Shown: piece by piece, positions 9,762 to 18,470 of the stretch
Layout: every line of letters starts with the position of its first letter
How positions within the stretch are numbered: the stretch's first letter is position 1
Assembly (NCBI GenBank): GCA_027345565.1
Contig: DAHWIF010000007.1
Coordinates: 1 to 36,769, forward strand
Source: Candidatus Micrarchaeota archaeon
GTDB lineage: Archaea; Micrarchaeota; Micrarchaeia; Micrarchaeales; Micrarchaeaceae
Direction of reading: 5' to 3'
DNA: 36,769 nt
Program-made: the position numbers and the translations under genes
The notes under the pieces: model-generated
Database searches by the model: none
Told to the model about the DNA's origin: nothing
Seen by the model: only the letters and a program-made list of their open reading frames with translations

Positions 9762-11825
9762 TCACTCGTTTTCGTGGCTTACCGTCTTGACTACCCCTGC
9801 CCTGGGCCTGAATATGTCGCCGTTCCTCTCCAGTTCGACTATATACTTGTTGACCTCTGCGGCTGTAAGGCCCGCCTTTTCAGCCTCCTCCATTATGCGC
9901 GGCAGTTTAGCGGCAGACTCCTCTGCCTCCAGCCTCTTTACTATCCCGAGCACCGCATTTATCTTCACAACCTTCTCTCTCGGCATGCCGGTGACAAGAG
10001 CATCAATGTCACGCCTGCCTCCCCTGTCTACGGCAAGCGTCTTCAGCATGAATTCGTTCAGCGCTATTGCATTCTCCGCATCTGACACTTCTACGACTCC
10101 GGCGAGGCGAGCCTTCGCGCTCGCCTCTGCCATCCTTATGAGCCCTTCGATCTGCCTCGGCGTTATCGGCGTGACCCCCTGCTTCGCGCCCAGCTTCCTC
10201 AGCTCTATGTAGTAATCCTGTATGCGGGCTGCGGCCTCCTGGCTTATCCTCGGATTTATGCTCTTCCTCGCATAAGCGATATATTTCCTGAGTATCTCGC
10301 TCTCTATAGGTGGTTTCTCCACCTGCTCGTATTCCTGGATCTCGGACATCCTGGCGCCCGCGGCCTCGTGCTGCAGCAGTATGTGCCTCGCTATGCTCTT
10401 ATCGAGCTCCTCATCCATTATGTCTTTTATAGGGAATATGAGGTCAAATCTTGAAAGCAGCGTTGGCGGTATATTGAATTGGTCTGCAGGATAAGAGTTT
10501 GGGTCGAACCTCCCGTACTTCGGGTTCGCCGCTGCAAGCACCGCGGTCCTGGCGTTGAATGTTGCTATTATGCCGGCTTTGGCCACGCTTATGGTCTGAG
10601 ATTCCAGGGCTTCGTGCAGCGCCGCCTTGTCATCGTCAGTGATTTTATCGAACTCATCTATGCATACGGTTCCGCCGGATCCGAGCACGAGCGCGCCTCC
10701 TTTCAGCGTCCATCCTCCTTCTGAAAAATCGTCTCGCTCTGCAACTGCGGTCATCCCGCCGCCGGTTACGGACTTGCCACTCACGTATATGCCCTTCGGC
10801 ACGAGCCTCGCCACGGATGAGAGGATTCGGGTCTTTGCGCTGCCTGGGTCGCCTATGAGCAGGATGTGCATGTCGCTCCTTATCAGCCCTCCGTCAACAA
10901 GCGTCTTGCCCATAGTCCCTCCGAACAGCTGCAGCGCGACGCCCTGCTTTATCTCATTATAACCGTATATCGCTGGCGCTATCGATTTGTATATCTTCTC
11001 GAATATGTGTGGGTCCTTCCCCATCTCCTTGATCAGCCGCTCCTCATCCGCCGTTATCTGCAGCTCGGCGAACTCCTTCTGCTTCGGGACGATCGACACC
11101 GTATCGACGAACATCGTGTAGACGTCTTTCTCGAGCTTGCCCCTCTGGTTCCTACGCGGCCTTATGCGCAGTATCCCGGTTATCTCTATCCTGTCCCCAG
11201 GAATTACTGTATTGACAAGGTCGTCCTCTATCCAGACCTCAAGTTGCCATGTAGGGGCGCTGCCGCGCAGCTTCTCAAGAGGGTCCTGTATCGCTATCTT
11301 CTGCAGGTTTATGAACTGGGATTCCTCGGCTACCTGCTTGAGCGACCTCCTCTTGCACGACAGGCATATGTCCGGCACCTCGTCCCTCCCGGCCCTTATC
11401 TTGTAAGTTGCACCGCAGAACGTGCACTTGTATGAGCCCACCTGCACCTTAGGGTTTATCTCCGACCTTTTCACAATAAGCCCGTCAAGCATCACCAGCT
11501 TGCTTATGTATGCAGAGCCGACATCCTGCACCATTGGCGTGTTCACGTTCTGGCCGAATACGCGCACATGGACGTTGTTGCCCTCAAGCTGTACGTCACT
11601 CATCTTGCCCTCGAGCGACTCCGTCGCCGCCTCAAGCACGGAGTCTGGCTGCTCTATCAATGCCTCGGCAAGCTCAGGGTCGAACTTTATGATATCTTTG
11701 AAATCTACGGCCAGGCTCCTTTTGTCAGGAAAAGAGAGCGAAAGGTCATTTATCTGCTCGCGGTAGCGCCTTTCGAAGAAATCGTCGAACCTCGACTTTA
11801 TGCCTTCGAGCGCCGCATCTACCAT
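9762..11825 (-). CDS. mcm: Replicative DNA helicase MCM
   Basis: C4 zinc finger (CTFC...CLSC), Walker A GDPGSAKT, IDEFDK, AAANPKYGRF, arginine finger LSRFD, ITPRQIE, C-terminal winged helix; no intein. Confidence 0.97.
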   Translation of the reverse strand: MVDAALEGIKSRFDDFFERRYREQINDLSLSFPDKRSLAVDFKDIIKFDPELAEALIEQPDSVLEAATESLEGKMSDVQLEGNNVHVRVFGQNVNTPMVQDVGSAYISKLVMLDGLIVKRSEINPKVQVGSYKCTFCGATYKIRAGRDEVPDICLSCKRRSLKQVAEESQFINLQKIAIQDPLEKLRGSAPTWQLEVWIEDDLVNTVIPGDRIEITGILRIRPRRNQRGKLEKDVYTMFVDTVSIVPKQKEFAELQITADEERLIKEMGKDPHIFEKIYKSIAPAIYGYNEIKQGVALQLFGGTMGKTLVDGGLIRSDMHILLIGDPGSAKTRILSSVARLVPKGIYVSGKSVTGGGMTAVAERDDFSEGGWTLKGGALVLGSGGTVCIDEFDKITDDDKAALHEALESQTISVAKAGIIATFNARTAVLAAANPKYGRFDPNSYPADQFNIPPTLLSRFDLIFPIKDIMDEELDKSIARHILLQHEAAGARMSEIQEYEQVEKPPIESEILRKYIAYARKSINPRISQEAAARIQDYYIELRKLGAKQGVTPITPRQIEGLIRMAEASAKARLAGVVEVSDAENAIALNEFMLKTLAVDRGGRRDIDALVTGMPREKVVKINAVLGIVKRLEAEESAAKLPRIMEEAEKAGLTAAEVNKYIVELERNGDIFRPRAGVVKTVSHENE

Positions 11826-11963
11826 ATTACCCCTCTAGAACGCGCCAATACCATTTGGCATGGCAAATTAATATTTGTTTCCCCCAAGCAGGCGGAAGTA
11901 TGGTGGTAGAGATATTTATATTACCTGCAGCAAAAACCTTTTAGTGGAACACCGCGTCTTAAG

Positions 11964-13427
11964 GTGAGGAAGCTGCAAAAATTTTACATAACGACCCCGA
12001 TATACTACGTCAATGACAAGCCGCACATAGGGCATGCTTACACGACCATTGCGGCGGATGTGCTGGCGAGGTGGCACAGGCTCAAAGGCGACGACACCTT
12101 CTTCCTTACAGGTACGGACGAGCATGGCGAAAAAATAGAGCTGGCTGCCAAGAGCGCTGGGCAGAGTCCGAAAGAGTTCGTAGACGGCATTGTCGAGCAG
12201 TACAAGCGGGTGTGGAAAGCGCTCGATATCTCGTATGATTATTTCATCAGGACGAGCGACCCGCTGCATGAGAATACGGTATCGAAGCTCATAGAGAGGA
12301 TATATGCTAACGGGGATATCTACAAAGGCTTCTACGAAGGCTGGTACTGCGTGCCTGACGAGACTTTCTGGACAGAACTGCAGCTAAAGGACGGCAAGTG
12401 CCCGGAATGCGGGCGGGAGGTGAAGCTGCTAAAGGAGGAAAGCTATTTCTTCAGGCTGAGCAAGTACCAGGACAGGCTATTGAAATTCTATGAAGACAAC
12501 CCCGATTTCCTGTCTCCTAGGTTCAGATCCAAGGAGATAATCAACAGGGTGAAGGACGGCCTGAAGGACGTTAGCATAACCCGCACAACGATAAAATGGG
12601 GCATACCGTTCCCTCTTGACAAGAGCCACACGCTGTACGTGTGGGTCGACGCGCTTTGGAACTACGTGACAGCGCTCGGCTGGCCGGATGGGGAAAAATT
12701 CAAGGCGTTCTGGCCCGCAGATGTGCACCTTATAGGCAAGGAGATAAACTGGTTCCACTCGGTCATATGGCCTGCGCTCCTTTTCTCCGCAGGCATAGAG
12801 GCGCCGAGGAAGGTTTTCTCCCATGGGTGGTGGACCCACGATGGCAGGCAGATGAGGAAAAGTTTTGGGAACACGGTGGATCCGGTTTCAATTGCGGAAA
12901 AGTACTCGCTTGACGCGCTGCGGTATGCGCTGCTGAAGGAGATGCCGCTCGGCGAAGACGGAGACTTCTCTGAGCGGGGACTCCAGGTGCGGCTGAACAA
13001 CGAGCTCGTAGCAGAGCTCGGCAACCTCCTCAACAGGACAGTCACGATAGCCGCCGGCTTCGACGGCAAGATAGGGGGGAAGCCGGAGCTCGATTCGGAG
13101 CTCAACATAGAGAGGATATCAGAAAGGATGGAGAGGCTAGACACACATGGTGCGCTCGATGAGATATTCACCTATATAAGGGCAGCTAACAAGTACGTGA
13201 ATGACAAGGCACCTTGGAAGCTGGAGGGGGCGGAGCTTGGCAATGTGCTTTATAACCTTCTTGAGGCGACCCGCATAATATCGATTTTGATAAGTCCATT
13301 CATGCCTGGCAGCTCCAAAAAAATAAATTCGCAGCTCGGGGTTGGGCCAGGAAAGCTCGTGGACTGCGTCTTCAGGGAATTCAACGGCAAGGTGACAAAG
13401 GGGGAGTACCTCTTCAAAAAAGTATGA
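11964..13427 (+). CDS. metG: Methionine--tRNA ligase (short, single-knuckle bacterial-like form)
   Basis: TTPIYYVNDKPHIGHAY (HIGH), GTDEHG, one knuckle CVPD...CPEC, YVWVDAL; KMSKS-equivalent reads QMRKS; no C-terminal tRNA-binding domain. Confidence 0.96.
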   Translation: MRKLQKFYITTPIYYVNDKPHIGHAYTTIAADVLARWHRLKGDDTFFLTGTDEHGEKIELAAKSAGQSPKEFVDGIVEQYKRVWKALDISYDYFIRTSDPLHENTVSKLIERIYANGDIYKGFYEGWYCVPDETFWTELQLKDGKCPECGREVKLLKEESYFFRLSKYQDRLLKFYEDNPDFLSPRFRSKEIINRVKDGLKDVSITRTTIKWGIPFPLDKSHTLYVWVDALWNYVTALGWPDGEKFKAFWPADVHLIGKEINWFHSVIWPALLFSAGIEAPRKVFSHGWWTHDGRQMRKSFGNTVDPVSIAEKYSLDALRYALLKEMPLGEDGDFSERGLQVRLNNELVAELGNLLNRTVTIAAGFDGKIGGKPELDSELNIERISERMERLDTHGALDEIFTYIRAANKYVNDKAPWKLEGAELGNVLYNLLEATRIISILISPFMPGSSKKINSQLGVGPGKLVDCVFREFNGKVTKGEYLFKKV

Positions 13428-14060
13428 TCACGCTACCTCTTTGAAAGAGAGTGATCCCGTATCCTTGTCGAAGAACGCCTCTCTTACGGTCTTCAGCACT
13501 CCTGTGCCTATATCGTAGAGCCAGATGCTTATCCTAACGGCGCCGCTCGCCACAGCGTCGCGTATGTTCCCACTCAATTCAACGAGTCTCCTCGCCTGCT
13601 CCATCGCATTGTCTATCACCGCATGCGTAAGGTCATCGAGGTTTTCCCTGCCGTTCTTTGATAGACCCCTGCAGATGCTTGCGATCGTGTTGTCCAGTGC
13701 AGTATCCATATGCGTCTCTCCGCCCTGCGTTTGTGCCGAAAGCATCTGCTGCGCGGCGGTCACGGCCCCGCATTTGGTGTGCCCTATTATCGCGATCTCC
13801 TTGACTCCAAGGTGCGCTACCGGATATTCCACGGAGCCTATGACGCTCTGGTCCAAAGCCTGGCCTATCGCCCTTACATCGAATATCTCACCGAGCTCGC
13901 TGCCGGTTATGATTTCTGGCGCGACCCTTGAGTCCGAGCACGCTATCACCACTATTGACGGGTGCTGTCCGTTGGCCAAGTCCTTGTAAACGGTGTTTGT
14001 CTCCCTGAACCTCATATTCCCATCAATGAGTTTCTGGCCTGTTGTCATCGATCTCATCAT
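13428..14060 (-). CDS. Beta-class carbonic anhydrase
   Basis: Zn-ligand motifs ACSDSRV and GHTKCGAV, plus L.GQHP, GSVEY and YDIGTG. Confidence 0.92.
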   Translation of the reverse strand: MMRSMTTGQKLIDGNMRFRETNTVYKDLANGQHPSIVVIACSDSRVAPEIITGSELGEIFDVRAIGQALDQSVIGSVEYPVAHLGVKEIAIIGHTKCGAVTAAQQMLSAQTQGGETHMDTALDNTIASICRGLSKNGRENLDDLTHAVIDNAMEQARRLVELSGNIRDAVASGAVRISIWLYDIGTGVLKTVREAFFDKDTGSLSFKEVA

Positions 14061-14384
14061 CTATCTCACCTTGCTTCCTTTCTGAATGTCCTTGTCCGGT
14101 TGGAGGAGCGATATCCCGCTTTCGTCCTCAGCGGCGAGTATCATGCCCTCCGATACGAAATCACCTATCTTCTTTGGCTCCAGGTTCGCGACCACGACTA
14201 CCTTCCTTCCGAGCAGCTCCTCCTTCGTATACCTGTCCCTTATGCCTGCAGCGATATTCTTCACGCCGAGCTCGCCCAGATCGACCCTCAGCCCGTACAT
14301 TGGCTTCCTTGTGTTTAGCTCCGTAACCTCCAGCACCTTGCCGATCCTCAAGTCTAGATTGGAGAATTCAGCTATAGTAACCAA
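14061..14384 (-). CDS. OB-fold tRNA-binding protein (Trbp111/MetRS C-terminal domain/CsaA family)
   Basis: EFSNLDLRIGKV...VDLGE...IAAGI...VVVANLEPKKIGDFVSEGMILAA...GSKVR; TTG start with GGAGTGG SD. Confidence 0.93.
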   Translation of the reverse strand: MVTIAEFSNLDLRIGKVLEVTELNTRKPMYGLRVDLGELGVKNIAAGIRDRYTKEELLGRKVVVVANLEPKKIGDFVSEGMILAAEDESGISLLQPDKDIQKGSKVR

Positions 14385-14482
14385 ATAACCACTCCAATGA
14401 TTTCATATCCACATATTAATAGATTCCCATATCGCGAACACGGACTGAAATGTATATATATCTGGAAAAATAAAAGCTCAAT

Positions 14483-15028
14483 ATGGACAGTATAAGCAAG
14501 AGACCGACGTTAGATCAGCACAAGCCTGTACCCATAGATGAATTCATGACATACATTGGGCGCGGGACCTGTGCTGTCACCATAGCGGTAACAGGGTTTT
14601 ATGACGGTGATCCGTTGGTTCGCGAAGCGCGCGGCTTTACGGGGTCGCACATACGCGGAGGCGTGGAGGGCTTTCCTTTCATAAGCCTCAAATTCAAGAG
14701 CCATGTCCATGAGCTTGAGGGGCGTAGGCTCCCAAATACAGTACAGATATCGGCCTCCGACAGGCCCAGCCTGGCGAGGCTGCGGCGCCTAGAAACCGAT
14801 ATAAGCAGATATATGCCTTACGGCTATCCTATAGTGGAGACAGTAGTCGAAAAACACGGGTGGCATGATGTGAGAACCCCGGGAACTGGCAGGCCGGAGT
14901 TTCTGCTCAGGCATGTCATAAAAGGAGGAGGCTACGACGGTGATATAATAGTGCGCCAGCCCGATCTGGGTACCAGCGCTGCTAAACCGCGCTCGCCAAG
15001 AGAAACGCTTGATGGCTACAACGTATAA
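14483..15028 (+). CDS. Hypothetical protein
   Basis: 181-aa ORF with ATG start behind an AT-rich TATA-like stretch (TATATATA ~14454-14461); no recognised motif. Confidence 0.6.
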   Translation: MDSISKRPTLDQHKPVPIDEFMTYIGRGTCAVTIAVTGFYDGDPLVREARGFTGSHIRGGVEGFPFISLKFKSHVHELEGRRLPNTVQISASDRPSLARLRRLETDISRYMPYGYPIVETVVEKHGWHDVRTPGTGRPEFLLRHVIKGGGYDGDIIVRQPDLGTSAAKPRSPRETLDGYNV

Positions 15029-15150
15029 GAAGGCGCTATTTGGCGCCAGGGCAGGGGCTCTCGTTCATGTTGCTAAGGATATGATACGTCTGCTGTGCAA
15101 CATGCACAAAAATAATAAAAAGGGCGCGCATTGATAGATTTTAGATTGCG

Positions 15151-15705
15151 GTGCGGCCGGCGTTCGTGAACCCGATAAAGACAGCACACAGTATTAGCGT
15201 GGACAGCGACCCGGGCATAGAGTGGGCCAGGGTCGAGGGCTATGGAGTCGTAAACTTTATACCAATCAGATCATCTTTTGGTGGCTTCATAGTTCCATAT
15301 AGGGGCGGGGAGACCGCAGTGCAGATAACGAGATGCTATACCGGAGATTCAAATTTCATGAACGTGCCGGTGAGGGCGTGGGGAACCGATGACAAGAAAG
15401 CCAGGGGGATGCTGCTGCCCAGAGATATCGTAGAGATAACTAAGGCGCTTAGAGAGGGGCGCAGATACATAGCCGATAATGCGATAATCGACGCTATTGA
15501 TGACCCGGATACGATACTGATACCGCAGAAATCGTGCGATGAGCTAGGCATAACGGATGGGGAGACGCTGCGGCTTTCCGTAGACCCGACCGTAAAGCCA
15601 ACGAGGGAGAGGCTGCTCTCCAACGCAGAGTCTATACTCAAAGGGCTGCTGCGGCAGCAGATGCAGCCCCAAGAAGCAGCTGGGGGAATATTCCAACTAC
15701 GATAA
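15151..15705 (+). CDS. Hypothetical protein, possible cradle-loop/double-psi barrel element near the C-terminus
   Basis: 184-aa ORF filling the gap before nuoN; contains ILIPQKSCDELGITDGETLRL (IP..LGI..G[D/E] box); 3' end overlaps the nuoN 3' end by 68 nt. Confidence 0.55.
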   Translation: MRPAFVNPIKTAHSISVDSDPGIEWARVEGYGVVNFIPIRSSFGGFIVPYRGGETAVQITRCYTGDSNFMNVPVRAWGTDDKKARGMLLPRDIVEITKALREGRRYIADNAIIDAIDDPDTILIPQKSCDELGITDGETLRLSVDPTVKPTRERLLSNAESILKGLLRQQMQPQEAAGGIFQLR

Positions 15706-17050
15706 CGAACACCAGGCATGCGGCCACCACAACAGCTATGTTCCTGTCCATTGAGATGCGCCGCTCCGGCCTCCTGAGGAACATCTGGTTTATCACCTTC
15801 GCGTAATAATAGATCGAGATGAAGCTGTTGATTACTCCTATGAATGCCAAAAACGCCAGGTTGCCGTACACCGCGCTAGAGAAGAGGATGAACTTCCCTA
15901 CAAAGCCAACCAGCGGCGGTATCCCGGCCATAGACAGCATGAGTATGGTGAGGCTTATTGCGGCGAAGGCGTTCCTGCCGTAAAGCCCGGCATACTCGTC
16001 CATCGTCCTTATATTCCTAGACTCCAACCAGAAGACTATGGCGAATGCGCCTATTATCATGAACATGTGCGCTATTATGTAGAAGACGCTGGATTCTATG
16101 CCGAGATGCGTGGCTACGGCTATGCCTATGAGTATGTAGCCTATCTGCGATATGGACGAATAGGCGAAAAGCCTCTTTATGTTCCTTTGGACAAGAGCAG
16201 CGAGGTTCCCGAAAAACATGGTTAATATCGATAATATGATCAGCGTATCAGAGAGAAGAGGCATGCCACCAGACGCGCTATATGCTGCGAAAACCAGCGT
16301 GGTTATCTCTATCAGCGCTATAAGCGCCACTTTCTTGTTGACGCCGGCGAGCAGCGCTGTTATGTTGCCCGGTGAGCCTTCGTATACGTCCGGCACCCAG
16401 AAGTTGAACGGGAAGGCTGCGCTCTCTACAGAGAGCGCGCCAATGAAGAGCACCAAGGACATGCCGATTATGAACTTGCCTATAGGTGCGCTTGTCGCAC
16501 CGACAAGCGAGAGATTGATATCGTATGGAAAGAGCAGTGCCATAGCCAGCGTGAATACGGCCGTGGCTACCGCTCCGAGCACGAAGAGCTTCACAGCCGG
16601 CTCTACATAGCTCTTGCCGCTCTGCAGTATCATGAAGGCGGAGGCGAGTATGACCATCTCCACCCCAATCAGGACGGCTATGATGGAATATGCGAATGCA
16701 ACCAGGAACGCGCCGAGTGCAACGAACGAGAGCAGCATGTTGAAGCGTTGCAGCTTGCCGGCGTTGCCGTACGAGAGCACCTCGATGAGCGCAGTCGCAA
16801 TCGATATCGCGCCGAATAGTAGGGTGCCGAAGCCGTTCGCCTGCAATATGCTCAGGAAGCGGAAGCTGGCGCCAATGCCTGAAAGGTATAAAGATGCCGA
16901 CCCCGAGATAAGGAGCAATGCCGTGGTAACGATGAACGCAAGTTTTCTGTTCCTTGAGTAGACCTGCGCTATTGCCGATACGACCAGAAGCAGGAGCGGT
17001 ACAGCTACCAGATATATTGCAGATTCCTGACCGGATGTATATGGCAGCAT
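15638..17050 (-). CDS. nuoN: NADH-quinone oxidoreductase subunit N
   Basis: Antiporter-like multi-TM protein with PFNFWVPDVYEGSP, NIKRLFAYSSISQIGY and LSMAGIPPLVGFVGKF; last gene of the H-N operon. Confidence 0.93.
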   Translation of the reverse strand: MLPYTSGQESAIYLVAVPLLLLVVSAIAQVYSRNRKLAFIVTTALLLISGSASLYLSGIGASFRFLSILQANGFGTLLFGAISIATALIEVLSYGNAGKLQRFNMLLSFVALGAFLVAFAYSIIAVLIGVEMVILASAFMILQSGKSYVEPAVKLFVLGAVATAVFTLAMALLFPYDINLSLVGATSAPIGKFIIGMSLVLFIGALSVESAAFPFNFWVPDVYEGSPGNITALLAGVNKKVALIALIEITTLVFAAYSASGGMPLLSDTLIILSILTMFFGNLAALVQRNIKRLFAYSSISQIGYILIGIAVATHLGIESSVFYIIAHMFMIIGAFAIVFWLESRNIRTMDEYAGLYGRNAFAAISLTILMLSMAGIPPLVGFVGKFILFSSAVYGNLAFLAFIGVINSFISIYYYAKVINQMFLRRPERRISMDRNIAVVVAACLVFVIVVGIFPQLLLGAASAAAAAL

Positions 17051-17057
17051 GTAAGCA

Positions 17058-18470
17058 CTATGTTAGATTCACTATTCCGAGGAGTATGAACGGGAGTATG
17101 CCGAAGAGGAAAAGCGCGGCGAGCAGCACGGCGTACCCAACTCCAGACCAAGCGCCGGTGGTGTCCTCAGCCGCCGTCCTCTCCTTGTTCGCAAAGAACG
17201 ATCTATTTATAACGAAGTACATGAAAGCCCCCATGAATATCAGCGAAAACAGGGGTATTATCCCATATGCACCAAACGCGCTGATGGCTCCGAGGAAGAT
17301 AAGTACATCGGCTATGAATCCGGCCGTAAGCGGCACGCCGGTCATCGCGAATATCCCGGCTAGAAATATCCACGATGTGAGCTTTGCGTTGTGCGATATC
17401 CCTTTCAGGAAGCCTATGTTCCTGCTGTGGAACACATGCTCTATCGCTCCAGCAGCGAGGAACATCATCGCTACGGCGATCCCGTGCGCCAGCATGCCAT
17501 ATATGGCTCCGGCGTCTCCTATGTTCGTGAGCGTCGCGATAGCGAACACTATTATTGACATCTCGATTATCGTTGTATGAGCGACGATGCGCTTGAGATC
17601 CTGCTGCCGCATCATCAAGAACGCTGCGTAGAAGGCCGAGAATGCGGCAAGCACTGCGATGTAGACTGAATAGGCGTGCGCTATCGGCATCGACGTGAAT
17701 ATTATCAGCATGCCAAAACCGCCGAATTTCGTAAGCACGCCGGAGAGCACCATGGATCCCTGCGTTGATGCCTCGGTGTGTGCATCAGGCAGCCATGAGT
17801 GCAGTGGAAACAACGGTACGTTGATCATGAATGCGACGAAAAGCAGCAGGAAGATCGCCTCCTGTATGCCCACCGGCATTACGGAATAGGTCGAAGAGAG
17901 CGTCGATATGCTGAGGGAATGGCCCGGCGCGTAGAAGTATATGAGCAGTATGCCGAAAAGCAGCAGGGCGCTGGCGAATATCTCGTAGATTATGAACTTG
18001 TAGGAGGCGGTGCGCCTGTTTGCTGACCCGAGCACGTTGATCATGAAGAAAGGTGCAATCACCCCTATATCCCAGAAGATGAAGAATATGAAGAAGTTGC
18101 CTGAGAGGAAGAGCCCGAATGCGCCTATCTGGAAGAGCACGAGGAGTATGCTTGCAGTCCTTTCCCTGTCATTGGCTATATTGCCGCTTGATGCCGTCAC
18201 CAGAATCACTATTGACGTCATCAGGAGCAGCACGAGCGATGCAGGGTTTGTCCTTAGGTTTAGCCCGACCGAGAGCGACGGTATATAGCCGTAGTTCTCA
18301 GAGATGTTTGGATTGCCAGAGAGCGCTGCAGCCGCTATCACGGCTATTGCTAGCACAAGCCCAGATGCGGCCGATATCGTTGCGATCCTGGCGCTGTGCT
18401 TCTTGTATACCGCGAGCAGGGCTAGGAAGAACGCCGGGATGGCAAGCATCAGCAAAAGCAGCGGGATCAT
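17058..18470 (-). CDS. nuoM: NADH-quinone oxidoreductase subunit M
   Basis: PLFPLHSWLPDAHTEAST, LSGVLTKFGGFG, DLKRIVA and GVPLTAGF; operon position. Confidence 0.93.
   Translation of the reverse strand: MIPLLLLMLAIPAFFLALLAVYKKHSARIATISAASGLVLAIAVIAAAALSGNPNISENYGYIPSLSVGLNLRTNPASLVLLLMTSIVILVTASSGNIANDRERTASILLVLFQIGAFGLFLSGNFFIFFIFWDIGVIAPFFMINVLGSANRRTASYKFIIYEIFASALLLFGILLIYFYAPGHSLSISTLSSTYSVMPVGIQEAIFLLLFVAFMINVPLFPLHSWLPDAHTEASTQGSMVLSGVLTKFGGFGMLIIFTSMPIAHAYSVYIAVLAAFSAFYAAFLMMRQQDLKRIVAHTTIIEMSIIVFAIATLTNIGDAGAIYGMLAHGIAVAMMFLAAGAIEHVFHSRNIGFLKGISHNAKLTSWIFLAGIFAMTGVPLTAGFIADVLIFLGAISAFGAYGIIPLFSLIFMGAFMYFVINRSFFANKERTAAEDTTGAWSGVGYAVLLAALFLFGILPFILLGIVNLT

Noticed and set aside
11826-11963. 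AT-rich gap with CAAAT-TAAT-ATTTG next to mcm as a possible replication origin
   Set aside because: Only 138 bp, no ORB repeats with G-strings and no cdc6/orc1; adequately explained as divergent promoters.
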